A stretch of 64,000 nucleotides of DNA from Eledone cirrhosa. Its lineage: Eukaryota. Location: assembly GCA_964016885.1 (NCBI GenBank), contig OZ024740.1, positions 164,734,001 to 164,798,000 of the forward strand, given 5' to 3'. The notes under the pieces are model-generated. The model was given only the letters and a program-made list of their open reading frames with translations. It was not told the origin of the DNA and made no database searches. Position numbers and translations under genes: made by a program. Shown here piece after piece: positions 30,627 through 45,200 of the stretch (positions within the stretch are counted from its first letter, which is position 1; every line of letters begins with the position of its first letter).

Positions 30627-31536
30627 TAGACAACTCTATGTGCATGAGACAGAGAAGATCATGAGAGTTGGGAAGGAGCTGCTTGAAAGATATTCCCTGC
30701 ATGATAATAAAAAACTCACACCCAGAGAAGTTGCCCAGCAGTACCGCAGTGAAGCCATGGATGAAAAACTGCATGCTTATCAGCAAAAAATCATGAATGG
30801 ATATTTGCCAGGAAGCTTCAGTTTGGGGATAATATAGATAAGAAAAGTAGTCTATCTTGGACCAACAACCGCTATATTGGCTCCCACTTTGAAGGATACG
30901 CTTTTGTAATCCAAGAACAGGAAATCAACACAAAATACCTGATTCCCAAAAGAGATGGGGATGCAGGCAAAACACCTAGATGTGACAAGAAGTGCAGACT
31001 TTGCAGAATTAACATCGAATATGTCACCCATGTCATAAACAGCTGTCCAAAGATGTCATCGTGGTACTATTTACCAATGAGGCATGATGTAGTGGCCAAT
31101 ACACTGTACAATGCAATCCGTAGAAAAGATAGCTCCGATAATAAACACATTAAAAGCTACAGCAATGTGGTAGACATACATAATATGAAAGAGTACTGGT
31201 GGAATGTTCCACTAAAAACCCCAATAAAATGCAGGCATAACAGACCAGATATAGTGATATGGGGCAGGGAAAAGAAAGCATGCACAGTAGTGGAAGTTAG
31301 CTGCCCAGCAGATGCCAATATAATATCAAAGATTAGAGAAAATGAGAATATCTATGCAGAACTGATGAGAAATCTGCAGATACTCCAGCCTGATTACACC
31401 TTCAGATTTATGCATGTGATTATTGGGGCACTGGGATATGTTAGTAACTGCCTCAGTACAAATCTTGGGAAGCTAGGCTTCACAGAAACAGAAGGAACAC
31501 AACGAGTTATAAAATTACAAGTACAATCCATTAATG
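30627..31536 (+). pseudogene. R4/Dong-like retrotransposon 3' fragment (CCHC knuckle and REL endonuclease)
   Basis: 'CRLCRINIEYVTHVINSCP...RHDVVA...RPDIVIW...VVEVSCPAD...IIGALG'. Starts immediately after a (CATA)n tract. Confidence 0.88.
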
Positions 31537-31968
31537 TAAAACCAGGAGACACCATCTCTGGTCAGTCCACCCGCTGACTGGCGAATTACGCCACACTCAC
31601 TGCATAAGTATCGTAGATTGTGTGGCGATAGAACCACATCACAGTTGGCTCGATTACTCCCCGGCTCGTGTGATTTCAGATGGTTAATGAAACCAGCTCA
31701 TATTAGAAGAAATCGGCCACATACATTGCACCTCAAATTCTGCTGATTTTCTTGCAGCCATTGCGCTGGAAACCAGAACTGAACGCTTGAAAACAGCATG
31801 CCCCACTCGCTTTTTCTTAAAGACATCACATCCATATTTGATTATTTTTCTCCATGTACGGCCTTCAGCCAGTCTCCCCCAGTTCTTCATATCAATCTTC
31901 AGAGCTTTAAGATTGTCTTTTATAACATCCTAATACCGCTTCTTTGCTTCATACTGTGACCTTCATAT
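31537..31968 (-). pseudogene. RTE LINE 3' fragment
   Basis: 'KKRY*DVIKDNLKALKIDMKNWGRLAEGRTWRKIIKYG' followed by a degenerate Zn finger; typical RTE/BovB C-terminus. Confidence 0.7.
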
Positions 31969-31973
31969 ATACA

Positions 31974-32488
31974 TGATGGCTGCCCCACGTTATCGAGTAT
32001 GGCTATTGCACGATATACCATTATTAATAATTAATAATTAATTCCATCGTGCAATGCCTGTGCGTGAAGATATATTTTAAAGTGAGGAAAGACTGTGCAC
32101 TGAGCCAATCCCACTCTCTGAGCGACAGTAGCTATAACCTACTGAGCCGTAACTACTGAGCCGCAGGTTTTGTATCGGAGTTATCCCACTTTCATGAGTT
32201 GCCTTCTCCTAGAAGAATGCCCTGACAAAGGCTAGGTTTAACCATGCGGTACATGGTTTAACCATGCGGTACATGTGTATATACATATTTACACACTTTT
32301 GGATGGCCGTTGACTCTTAAGAGTTATTTTTCCCTTTGTCAGGTTTGTTGTTTGTTCTGCAGGGTGTCCTAAAACACCCTCCTCACCAACTAAACTTGGT
32401 GGGGTTGCAGGTTTAGTCGCCGACGACCCGACCATGCGACAGGTTGTACTGGGTTACATGTTACTAGTAGCACTCAGGAGTGACCTGA
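31974..32488 (-). mobile_element. Non-autonomous RTE-derived element (subfamily 2)
   Basis: Homologous to 29228-30068 without the SINE. Has an internal tandem duplication ggtttaaccatgcggtacat. Confidence 0.7.
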
Positions 32489-32836
32489 CATACATACATA
32501 CATGTACACAGACTCACACACTCATACATACACTCACTGCAGATTATGTGAACATTTCCCCTCTCTTGTACGGTCTATAACTATATGTATTATAGGCGTA
32601 GCCATCTCTGACTCTAGCCAAGATGATATCTTACCTAATAGTTTTGATTGTTGTTTGATTTTACTCCAGTTTCTATTCTGCTTTCCTGTTGATAAATACT
32701 TTAAAATAAATAAAATAATATTATGCATAATTTGTAATGTAAACTTTCATACCCGAAAAAGATCGATTTCAGGGGCGATAATATATCTTTTCGATATTCC
32801 CAATGGATATAATATAAAATTAAAAAAAATATTGAA

Positions 32837-33005
32837 AGCTCAAGCCGTTTCGACGGCTAATTCTGGAGTCCAGAATTAGCCGTCGAAACGGCTTGAGCTC
32901 AGCCGTCGGGGTCCTACTCGTTCCTATTACCCACTCTACTACCCTAAGTATTGAGTACTTTGGTGCGTTATGGTCCACCTGGTTCCTTACCACATTTCCT
33001 TCGCT
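32837..33005. repeat. Dispersed palindrome-forming module (related copies at about 17140-17235, 33500-33810, 41790-41900, 55410-55550)
   Basis: Perfect palindrome agctcaagccgtttcgacggctaattctgga-g-tccagaattagccgtcgaaacggcttgagct, followed by a conserved ggtgcgttatggtccacctggttccttaccac tail. Confidence 0.85.
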
Positions 33006-33014
33006 ATATATATT

Positions 33015-33117
<103 letters not shown>

Positions 33118-33943
33118 ATCCCGGGTTCAATCGGGGGTAACCATAGTTAGTAAGGTACTCAATACATAGCAGAGTATAAATATTTAATATAGAAATGACT
33201 TTTACAGGTGATGATTTCTCCCGAATGAAACAATTCTAGAGTCTGTGTGTGAATAGACATCACCAGAGGAGCTAACTTTCCAGCAAGTGACGCTCTTTCG
33301 CCGATACTCCCAGTTTTTCGCAAATTGTTGCCGGCTTGCGTATTCGTTTAATTAATGCGGAATAGTGAGTCCTGTTTCTCTGGAGTTTTGTCTATTCATC
33401 CTTTATAAAATGAATATTAAAACTCTACTTCGGGAGTGAGTACTCCTTCCTCCCAGACGTCAACCACATACGGCTATATATACATATATATATATATATA
33501 GGAGTAAGTAAGACCCCGACGGCTGAGCTCAAGCCGTTTCGACGGCTAATTCTGTACTCTACTACCCTAAGTATTGAGTACTTTGGTGCGTTATGGTCCA
33601 CCTGGTTCCACCTGGACCATAACGCACCAAAGTACTCAATACTTATGGTAGTAGAGTGGGTAATAGGAACGAGTAGGACCCGACGGCTGAGCTCAAGCCG
33701 TTTCGACGGCTAATTCTGGACTAATTCTGGACGGCTAATTTTTTTTTTTAGTCCAGAATTAGCCGTCGAAACGGCTTGAGCTCAGCCGTCGGGGTCCTAC
33801 TCGTTCCTATATATATATAAATATACGCCAAGGTTGCCAGTTTTTTCTACATTAATTCGTACTGCCAATAATAGCTGTCTCTGAAATACATGTAGCAGAG
33901 AATTTATAATAAACGAAGCCAAATTTAACATGTTTGACTTACT

Positions 33944-34030
<87 letters not shown>

Positions 34031-34222
34031 TATGTGTGTGTGTGTGTGTGTGTATGTGTGTGTGTATTTGTTTATTAAATTAACAAATCAAAGTTAAAGG
34101 AAAGAATCGCTGCTTCCACCCTTAACGGGATCTATGCTTTTTATATATGTGATATATATATTATCCTTATCGAACCCTCTTCGGATTTTAGTCTTCACAT
34201 TTATTATTATTACTATATATAT

Positions 34223-34409
34223 TTGTTTCTACTTTTGGCACAAGGCCATCAATTACCCTATACATTACCGGTACTTTATTTTTTATCGACCCCCGTAAGG
34301 ATGAAAGGCAAAGTTAACCTCGGCGGGATTTGAACTCAGATCATAAAGCGCCGTTACTCTTTGGTGCAAAGCATAGCATCCGACTCTCTACTGATATGCC
34401 AATCCACCG
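34223..34409 (-). mobile_element. tRNA-derived SINE (Deu/Nin-like)
   Basis: Same consensus as the other copies; inverted relative to 34491-34671. Confidence 0.85.
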
Positions 34410-34490
34410 GAGGCTTCAAGAACATCATTTTTGTCCCTTCCCCTGTCGTTTTAATTTGGATTGCCTCGAAAATGTATATATATATATCAT

Positions 34491-34671
34491 TGGATTGGCA
34501 TTATTGGTAGAGGGTCGGGCGCCATGCTTTGACGCATAGAGTTACGGCCCTTGCCATTCTGAGTTCAAATCCCGCCAAGGTTAACTTTACCTTTCATCCT
34601 TACGGGGTCGATAAAATAAGTACCAGTAATGCACTGAGATATTGGTGGCCTTTTACCAAAAGTAGAAACAA
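34491..34671 (+). mobile_element. tRNA-derived SINE (Deu/Nin-like)
   Basis: A and B boxes plus the cctttcatccttacggggtcgataaaataagtacc core. Confidence 0.85.
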
Positions 34672-34872
34672 TTCTTTAATATCTAAATGGTTTCTGCAGG
34701 ACTAGATCTGTTTCAGTCTTATGAAATCTTCAGGCATTGTTGATGATTTGATACAAATGAAATGGTTCTAGTCCTGCAGAAACTATTTTCATATTATATA
34801 ATGATGTTTACGCACTGTTAATATATATAGTACCTTTTTAACTGTAATTACCCCGATCTCACACGGGATCTA

Positions 34873-34929
<57 letters not shown>

Positions 34930-34959
34930 GCATACACACACATATATATATATATATTG

Positions 34960-36803
34960 AGTATATGTTGGTTGTATACCATCACCTCAGGATGCCTTAA
35001 GATGAACCTAGTATAGGTTGTAGGGTTAATACCCCCAACTCCGAACACCTCTACATAGAAGCCACATCAACGAGCTTTAAAGACCGCTGGTATAACCATC
35101 GCCATCCTTCAATAAGGAGGCCTAAAGGAAAAGTACTGCTCTCTCTCTGACCTGATCTGGAAGCTTAAGCTGGACAGGACACCGTACTCTCTGGCCTGGT
35201 CCATAATCAGGAAAGTACCACCCGATAAAGGAGGATCTTGCATATGCATACTATGTCTGAACGAGACCCTCGAGATACTAAGAGGTGGAAGCGGCCTGAT
35301 AAACCTCAGAACCGACTTCTTCGGGTCATGCAGACACCTCAGGGCCGGGACCTTCCTCAAGATATATGGACAGTAGCAACACAACAAGATGTGAATTCCC
35401 CTCAAGCTATAGGGACTTCTCCAGAACATGTAGACACCTCTCGGCCAAACCTCCCTCAAGCTATATAGGCAGTAACAACACCATAGGTTGGGAACTCCCC
35501 TCAAGCCATAGGGACCAATCCAGGCTGAGCAGACACCGTGATTGATTCTGACACAGCCTTTATAATTTGGCCAACATCTTTATAATACACACACATTTTA
35601 ATTTACCTGATTTTGTATTTTTCAATTTTGATTTCTCATTAATCTTTTGTCATGTTTTCTGTTTTCTTCACTTTATCACCTTATATCTATATTTAAGTTG
35701 AGATTGGTTATAACACACACACATTTTATTTGATTATCCTATTTCGTTTTATTCTTTTACCATCTTGTCCTCCTACATATTTCTGACCTTGAGATTGGTT
35801 ATAGCACTTACACACATTTTATCTTATTTTATTCGAATCTTCATTTTCTTTTTCACGTTTCATTTTCATTTTTCATTTTCCATATTCACTTTTCATTACT
35901 TTTTCATTACCTTTTCATTAATTTTTCGTTTATTCTAAATATTATTTATTTTCTGTTTACTTCATTTTATTGCCTTCTATTTCTTCCTATACATGGCAGA
36001 ACCCCCCACACACACACATACACCACCACCACCACCACGGAAGACGGTGGCAGGAGGGATGAAGAAACACACACACATATACTTCTAAATTGTCAGCAGC
36101 AGCAAGACATAAGCTGACCACAATACCAACAACACTACCAAAATAAGGGTAGAGGTCTGATGTACTTAACAATAGCAAACACAAACACTACAGGGAGCCT
36201 CACCTCAGAAAGAATTTCTATAGACTTTGGACTGAGGAATGCCCTCAAAACTGACCAATGGGATGTTTGACCTTACAAATCTTTATAACATTGAGATGGG
36301 TATAACACACACACACATTTTATTCGATTATTTTATTTTATTTTGTTCCTTTACCATCTTATTCCTTCTACCACTTTATCACTTTTTTTTTTTAGCTGAC
36401 TCCAACAATAACAACACTACCAACACAAGAATAGAGGTCAGATGTACCTAACAATAACAAGAACAACAACTACGGATTGGCTTGCCTCAGAACGAATTTC
36501 TATAGGCTTTTGACTGAGGAATGTTCTAACAACTGACCAATGAGAGAAGGAGAGGCCCTTTGACGCTGAAATTCGTTTGTTTGAATTTATATGATTCCAG
36601 TTCCTCAGTGAAATAACAACCCAACCACGAACTGGGCATATCAGAGTATTGACAAAGTTATACACCTCAACAACATGTGTACTCGTCTCTACCACACTAA
36701 TTCGGACTGCCTGAAGAAGTCACAGCCAAAAATGACTGTCACCGAAATATATATAGCAGTAATAAACGAAGCCAAATTTTAAACATTTGACTTATTTATT
36801 TTA

Positions 36804-36810
<7 letters not shown>
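34960..36810 (+). mobile_element. 5'-truncated Nematis-type PLE: degraded GIY-YIG, repetitive 3' region, hammerhead and AATAAA
   Basis: 'HLYIEATSTSFKDRWYNHRH' and downstream 'WSIIRK...CILCLNETLEIL' remnants; internal direct repeats; HHR at 36706-36760 followed directly by aataaa; (TA)n flanks. Confidence 0.7.
36706..36760 (+). ncRNA. Type I hammerhead motif
   Basis: actgc-CTGAAGA-(irregular stem II agtcacagccaaaaatgactgtcacc)-GAAA-tatata-TA-gcagt. Perfect 5-bp stem I, palindromic stem III. Confidence 0.75.
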
Positions 36811-36844
<34 letters not shown>

Positions 36845-37569
36845 ATACATGTGTTACGTTAGTATGTGTTTTTTGTGTGTAAGTGTATGTATATTACCAA
36901 TTTGTTGTATAATACAATGCGATTATTTCTGGTGTCGTAAAGGAACCAGACAAACAGAGATAACATTTTATAAATTACATTAATGGAAACGAAATAGAAA
37001 AACGGTAATGATCACAGTTCTTCTATTGTTGGGTCTCTTAATGTTTAATTGTTATCAACATGGTTTATCAATTTACATTTGGAAACGGAAATTACCTACG
37101 ACTGTATTTATAGATCCCTATATTGTCTAGACATACACAAACTATTTCAAAGCGCCTACTCTACTGATGACCCAGCATACAAACGCCTAGACACATAGAT
37201 AGATTGATACATAGATAAATAGGCAACACATATCTCTCTGTAATTTTCTCTCCCGCACAGTCTCTTTCCTTTATATCTACTTAGTGTCCGACTGATCTAC
37301 ATCTGTTCCAGGCTGTATAACCCTGTTTGTCTCTGTATATGTGTTTCTATATCTGCGTGTTGCTCTTCCCCACTCACAGATGTAGGTAGCTATCTAATTA
37401 AATGAATTATGTTATCTATAAACACATATAACTGACTCAATAGTTAAGTGGAGTCTAATATATTAAAACGTAGGATGTCCTTAAAAACCATTGAAATTAT
37501 ACCCACAATGATATAAATATAAAATTATCCTTGTTAAAAGCAAGGGAGCCAACTACTATTTACTACTTT

Positions 37570-37800
37570 GACGCTAAACTACGCCAATTGCAGACTGCGC
37601 ATCAACATGAGATATTTTTCTTCACAAAGTTCGATCACCAATAGCAGAGTTTAAAGAGGAAAGATCAATTCCAGTCCATAGGTTGACATTATCAAGCCAT
37701 CGTTTTGGCTGCCGGCCTCTGCTTCTCTTACCAGCCAACCTTCCTTCCAGGCATAATGTATTCACACCACGAGTTGATCTTTTTATACGAGTTTCCAATT
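37570..37800 (-). pseudogene. RTE LINE 3' fragment
   Basis: Minus strand encodes 'LCLEGRLAGKRSRGRQPKRWLDNVNLWTG', the GxRxRGRxxxRWxD motif. Confidence 0.75.
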
Positions 37801-38244
37801 CATGGAACTTAGAACGAATTCAACTAATGGAGTGTTAGTTTGAAATTTGATAAATGCGATGTCTATTCTGGTCGATGTTTTGGCCTTATTAGTTATCCTA
37901 CACAAAACTAAGGAAGATGTTATTAGTAAAACAATTCTGTGTTCATGAATTTTGTGTTGATGACTTTAATAGTAGTTTCCCGACCATTTGCGATCACTAC
38001 AAAGAACATGGACTATATTCCTCTAAAACAATCATTCTGATTGATTCTGAAGACGGATCTCTGATGTTGTCGGAACGTCAATAAGCTTATGCATTTAGGA
38101 ACGTTGTTGTTCCAAACCAAACCAAACACTAAGAAATAATGTGGAAATATGAAAAAACAAAGATCAAACTACATGTATTTTCTATACATGTTTGAAAGAA
38201 AATGTGTTCTCTTGTTACACGCACACACACACTTACACACACAC

Positions 38245-38327
<83 letters not shown>

Positions 38328-38830
38328 AACACACACACAAACGCACACACACACACACACACACACAAATACACACACCCTCATGATATGCCAAGAAGGA
38401 CGTTTTTGAAAGGATGGTTAAACAGTTGATGCGCTGGACAGCAAATAACTGATAATAAGGAATATATATATAGTCTTACATCTATAAAATCTCTATGAAA
38501 CGTTTCAAAGCTGATATCTGAGACAATATTTTACATATCTATACATTACATATACTAAAGTAACCCCGAGGTGACAGATCATCTTGAAACCTACAAATTT
38601 TAATATATTCTGACATATTGATGAGACAACATTTGTGAAAATAGAGTTGAGTAAACAATAGTAAACTAAACGTCAATGTCAGTCAAATTAATTAGAATCG
38701 TTCACTTAAAGAAAATCACATTTGGTCTTTTTGTTTTCATAGAATAGCAAGTTAAACAAGGAAACATCCGCTTTCCAAATTGTTGTTTCATTGGATGAAT
38801 TGTTAGTGCAGTTGGTCATTTATCAATAAT

Positions 38831-39018
38831 TGTTTCTACTATTGGCACAAGCCCAGAAAATTACCCAGTACATTACTGGTACTTTATTTTATCGACCCCG
38901 TAAGGATGAAAGGCAAAGTTAACCTCGGCGGGATTTGAACTCAGAATGGCAAGGGCCCTAACTCTATGCGTCAAAGCATGGCGCCCGACCCTCTACCGAT
39001 ACTGCCAATTCACCGTCC
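38831..39018 (-). mobile_element. Full-length tRNA-derived SINE with 19-bp TSD
   Basis: ttggtcatttatcaataat occurs at 38812-38830 and 39019-39037; A and B boxes and the central domain are intact. Confidence 0.92.
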
Positions 39019-40434
39019 TTGGTCATTTATCAATAATGGTAATTTAAATTAGTGGAAAAGGAAAATAGGAGTGAATTTTATTGATGGTGGTAAACATAGT
39101 ATTTGCAATATTGGGTATATTCCAACTATTGATACATTGATAAATGTAGTTATAAGTTCGGGTTAAGTCACAAGTATATAAATATTTATGAAAAGGATAA
39201 TGAAATTCTGCGATAAAAATGAGATTCTGTGAAACCTATCAACTATGTAAACAAAGAAAGTGATTCAATACAAGAATATATATGTAGCATTTTGGAAAAT
39301 GTTTCTTTTACTTGTTTATTCCAGAGTTAACCCTGACATTTAGCAGACATGATAGTAGTACTTAAAATTTATGTTTCTTATTTATGTCGTTAGAATGTGA
39401 TTTAGAGAGATTTGGCTGCTATTTCTAGGAGGGCAAATGACCACGTAGACACTTTTATATTGCCTCGTTGTTATTGTTGCTATTCCTCATATTGCTGTTT
39501 TTTTATGTTGTTATTATCACTGATATTTACATTTAACTCCATGTCAGCAGTGATTGGGTAGTCTTGCAAGCAAGGATGGGAGTTCTTTTCTTTTTTCGGA
39601 TATAGTTTATATACTTTTAAAACGTCGAGCGTTTCCCCTTTTATTTTCAAGAAGTTAGGGACGGTCATATGTGGTAGAAGTGGCTGCTATATTTAGCAAG
39701 TAGAGCGACTACATAGTGGCTCCAAAGTTAGCTTGAGGTTTGTTATGAATTTTATCAATTAATAGCAACTGTTTTACTAGTTTAGCTACAATTGATTCCC
39801 CTAACCATCAAATACATTTTTGTTTAAATTTGTACACAGAACAACATTATGTAGTGGTTCTATTTTTCGAAACGATAGGGTATACATGGAGAAAAAAGAA
39901 ATTAGATTTTATAAAAAATTGAATACAATGGCTGAGCACTGATTGATTTCAGAGCTTGCTTCTTGCTCTATGACGCTCATCAAATTTGGTCTTTAATACA
40001 GATGGCTTTTACAAAATGCCTGCTGTTTTTCAATGCTATTACCAGCATGCCATTTCATGTAATCTGTATGAATTTGTATTTATATTCTGAGACACTATAA
40101 TAGCATATGTACTTAAATTATATGCATGATAATTATATAACCAATGCCTTGCCAAAAACTAATGCGAAAACGAATTTACATTAATAGTTTCAACAGGAAA
40201 ACATATTATACAATTTATCCATACAAAAACAAAAATGTTCTATCGTTCAAACATTTAATAATTTCACACTGGTAACTTATCGATTTCCGAGATACGATAT
40301 GTAATAAAACACATTTTATTTCAGAGCATGTTCGTCTCAGTGTTGTTGTTGTCGCTTGTTTGTATTCAGGTGATTATAACACGGAATGTTAGATGTTAGT
40401 CAGAAACATAAATAAAAGGTTGCATAGATAGATA

Positions 40435-40566
<132 letters not shown>

Positions 40567-40630
40567 TCAAGATGTCGAGTTGTGTTGTTGCAATTAAGTA
40601 TAATGAAAAATTAGAAATTAGAAGTAAGGA

Positions 40631-40735
40631 TTATCCGTCATCAGTTGTCTACTAGGAATCATAAGTATTTCTTCACGTCAGAAACAACACGAAGAAATAC
40701 CTATGATTCCTAGTAGACAACTGATGACGGATAGT
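40631..40735. repeat. Fold-back of about 43-bp arms ending in CTGATGA (hammerhead 5' half only)
   Basis: tatccgtcatcagttgtctactaggaatcata pairs with tatgattcctagtagacaactgatgacggata. No GAAA half follows. Confidence 0.8.
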
Positions 40736-40740
40736 TCTAA

Positions 40741-40780
<40 letters not shown>

Positions 40781-41137
40781 AACTGAAATTGCGACAACTG
40801 TCAAACACCGAGACAGCTTATGGTAATGCTGTTTTTGGCAGTTTAGTGATGGGGAATTACCAATTCTTTTGCTCATCAGTGGATGTAAAATTAGTAAACC
40901 CTTCACATCTAAGTATCTCAGAAGACTGAATAGTGTGCGTATATAAAATAACGCACATGGCATCAGAACCTAGAGTGTCTCATAAAAGGTATGCTACTAA
41001 AAATAGCAGCCAAATTTACTAGACATTTAAAAAATCAACAAATTCAATTCACCCTAGCGATTCTGGTCCCTTACGATTTGAACACGTGTATATATCTGTG
41101 TTTATCTCTCTTTTATATTCAATTATATATATATATG

Positions 41138-41177
<40 letters not shown>

Positions 41178-41224
41178 TAGTGACGAAACATACGTCAATT
41201 GCATGAAGTCATAATCCTTTATTT

Positions 41225-41280
41225 ACTGCTATATATATTTCGATGATAGACCTTGAATGGCTATGACCTCATCAGGCAGT
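41225..41280 (-). ncRNA. Type I hammerhead motif (family of 36706-36760)
   Basis: Minus strand: actgc-CTGATGA-ggtcatagccattcaaggtctatcatc-GAAA-tatata-TA-gcagt. Confidence 0.75.
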
Positions 41281-41349
41281 TAGTCAGTTCCTAGATATGC
41301 CAGCTCTGTGTGTATAGTGTTGATGGTATCAGAGCCTTTGGACATATAC

Positions 41350-41394
<45 letters not shown>

Positions 41395-41421
41395 ATCTTG
41401 TATATATAAATACAAACAAGA

Positions 41422-41506
<85 letters not shown>

Positions 41507-41949
41507 TACACACACACACACACATACACACACAGACGCACGCACCCGAACACACACATACACACTGAATGAATACGATGTGTTTTTTTTCTCACAAATG
41601 ATGTTTTTGTTCCTTCCCCTTTTCACTCTCTATCTTTGTATTTTATTTTTTATTTATCATTCTACCTTCTCATGAAAGAATAGTGTCCGAAAAGTTAAGA
41701 TTATTTTCCTAATATATTCTAATATATTTCGTCATTGTACTGTTTACTTTTTGCATACCCCCCCCCCCCCACATATATATATATATAAAACAAAGAAAGT
41801 GTGGTAAGGAACCAGGTAGACCATAACGTTCCAGAGTACTCGGATCTAGGTGTCGAAATAGCCGGAGCTCAGCCGCCGGGGTCATGGCCCATTTCTTATA
41901 TATATATATATAACATTAATAAAGATGCTGATGTTACATAAATCGTTTA

Positions 41950-42039
41950 TTCATTATAATTATTTCAACGGTTCTCCCATGCAATCAAGATGTAATTCAT
42001 GAATTTGGTGTTGTTATGAGAACGGTATCCTCAGATGAA
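41950..42039 (-). ncRNA. Type I hammerhead motif with enlarged stem-loop II (family of 10832-10912)
   Basis: Minus strand: ttcat-CTGAGGA-t-accgttctc...gagaaccgt-t-GAAA-taatta-TA-atgaa, within a homologous unit at about 41908-42080. Confidence 0.72.
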
Positions 42040-42154
42040 ATTCGATTTTGTGATATGCCGCCGGCACGAAATAAACACACATCGTGCGAATGTTGAGACC
42101 TTTCTCCTGCTTGCTCCTGTTTTTACCCAAACAATCTCTTCGGAACAACTCCCA

Positions 42155-42228
<74 letters not shown>

Positions 42229-45200
42229 AGTGGAAATTAGAAACTACATAACGCTAAGTTTTACATCAATCACATATGTACGATACAGTCTAGTCGGATA
42301 ACTATACATTTTTATAAGCAGTCATTATCTCCTCTAATTTTTTGCTTACCCTTGATATTATTAACTAACTCTTTTAGTGAAGGCATGAAAATATATACTA
42401 GGGTTGAAATTCACCTGGAAACCAACTATATTTGTTCTTGAATTCAACCAAGATATTTGTACATACATTGTTTATGAATGAGCCAAATCTACTATAAGAA
42501 GAAGCTAATTAGATAATAAATCAAACGTATACACCAACATCACAGACGTAAAACATAACTAACTATACCAATACTCAGCTGTAGTTGAAACTGAACGATT
42601 ACATCAAAGAGAAGTGAATGAGAATATAAGAGGGAGTCGGAAGACCTAGATTAGTAGGCTGAATATAAACATTTGGAACTGAGTTCAGTCTTTCATATTA
42701 AAATGTAAGTATAAATATATAGGACATCCCGGTTATAAACTATAGCTTCACAATAGTAAACATGTAATTTAGTGAACTGTCTTACTTAGACAGAAAAAAA
42801 TATAAACCACGAAATCTGATAACGTTCCGATTCAACTTCTAAAAATCTTCTTTTGATAGAATATATTTAATCCGCAAAAAGTACAAATAACAACAATGGG
42901 AATAAAGAGTATTTAGAAGCAAATAAGAGGAAGCTGATAAGTGTTATAATGAAATATGAATATAATATCAAACAAATTTACTCTTTGTGTAAAAAAAACG
43001 ATTAAATACAAACTTGAAAATAACTTCACTGGGGTGAGAAAGAATTCAGGAAAACGCAAGAGAAAATATTATAGAAAACAAGAAAAAAGGCAAAACGTAT
43101 TTTTAAAATATACTGACATAATGGACAACTCCATGGTCAATATCTTTCTAGATTCGACAAAGAAAAAGCAAATCAGACCGAAAACAAACCACTGGTTTTA
43201 GAGAACTATGTATGATTGTAACCTATGGAGAAAACCATCAAGCAGAATAAGGGATCACAAGTTAGACAACAAAAATATAAAATCAAAATTCATGTTGTAC
43301 AAAAAAGGGGTCTGCATTCACAAAACAGAGTGGTTCACGGGTTTCGAGAATACGTTGGTAACAATGGTGATGCAGCAAAAAATCTCGAAAAGAGACTCGT
43401 GAAATAGTAAATGATTCTAACATAAAAACGACTGTAAATTGGTAAAAGGTTTAGTTGATTTTATTGAGCCAGTACTAAACTTGTACTCTATTGGTATGAA
43501 TTGTGAATTCATTTACTTGGTACTACAACAGAGATTTAGGGAATAGCGACCAATTTATTAAATCGGTCGAATTTGAACACAGATTGTAAATTTTCTTTAC
43601 TAAATAGTACAAAGCCTTTTTATCTCCCCCTGATCCTGTCACCAGCTTCCTCTTCCCCTCCCAACAACAAATAATACGCCCATAATCCTCATTTTAACCC
43701 ATCTACTTTTCCTCCTTCACGTCATCCACGTCATCAAAAATAATGTTTCACCTCTTCGTAAAATCATCTACGCCCTTGCTAGTCGTAGCAGTAGTGGCAA
43801 CAGCAGCAGTGTAAGCAGTAGCGACAACAACACCATTTTAACTTTGTACTTTCCGTCAATACTTTATCTTTCCGAGAGGAAATGCCTTAGGATAAATAAA
43901 TAAATGAAGAAATGAAGAAATGAAGAATAACAGTAAAAACAGCCGTGACAAAAATGTATAAAAACTCTTCAATTCCATGTGATTAGCAACAGATTCTAAT
44001 ACTCTATGATTTGAAAAATGGTGGGGATGGAGGGAAATGACAGCAACCCTCTTTAACATAAGATATAGCAGGAATGATTACGAGATAAAGATAGACAAAG
44101 AATTAGCAAAGAAAGAGACGAAATGAGAAAGAAAGCCGGCGTTCTGTAATGACATCAAGAATAAATTGTAATTACAGTGAACAGCGCCGATGGCGTACAG
44201 AGAAAATAATTGTGCTTTAAACACTGGCGATTATAAGAATTGTTTTTGCAAAAGTATTGGTTGCTTAGAAACACCACTTCTGCAGCGTAAATGCAGTCTT
44301 TTATCTTTCTATTATTTTTTCCTATTTTATATTTATGTTTATATCGTTTAGGCTATGTCTCCACATTCTGTCTTTTTATCTATCTATCTTTTTTCGATTG
44401 TTTTCTTTCTATCTCTCTTTCTCCTTTTTCCTTCCTTCTTTTCTATCTGTTTTTATTTTCTCGAAATATTCCTCCCGATGTCACCAATTCTGTTCGTATA
44501 TTCTATTCGTGTACAACTTAAAGACCATCAGTTGAAATGATATTGAAGGCACATTTTTAGGTCATTCTTTAATTTCAACTATTTTTCAAGATGGAATTAC
44601 CAATGATAACTAGGATATTATTCCAAGACAAATCGATAGCCTTTTTATTTCCCATTTTCTTTTTGTATTTAATGTGTTCCTAATTAAAGGATATTTATTT
44701 ACATAATGACAACAGATGGCGATTTTTTTCTGGTTAGTTCTATTTCTCTATTTTGGAAGACAGTGTGGCATAATCCTTTTGTGAGTGCAATATATTTATC
44801 CACAAGTTTTTTTAAAAATCAACAACATCATTATACTACCAACACCACCACCACCACGAACACCAGCTCCACCACCATCATAATCGTCATCATCATCATT
44901 ATCATCATCATAATACACCATCGTAATCACCACCACCACCATCACCATCATCATTATCATCATCATCACCACCACCACCACTATGATGTTCACATTTTAA
45001 CATTGGCTATATCAAGGAATCTATGTTATGAAACTTATTGACAATTCTCTGTAATTCTAAAGGAAGTTGTGGCAAAGAATGTATTTCAGTCTCTGAAATG
45101 TATGACTCTATACTGTTTACCTAGTTTCTATGATATTACGCAGAATTTTAATTATCATATCCTAGATGTTTCACAGTTCTCTGATCAATCTTTGATTATT

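Noticed and set aside
34690-34790. Hammerhead-family copies in inverted arrangement
   Set aside because: The cleavage triplet reads GCA and stems I and II are disrupted; counted only as decayed.
36205-36545. Two CTGAGGA motifs in direct repeats
   Set aside because: No matching GAAA/UH half or stem I.
38044-38082. CTGAAGA...GGAAcgTC hammerhead-like motif
   Set aside because: GAAA is altered and the stems are weak; cannot be supported as functional.
42700-43410. A-rich ORFs with a faint PLE resemblance ('SRIRDH')
   Set aside because: No unambiguous motif; needs an HMM search.
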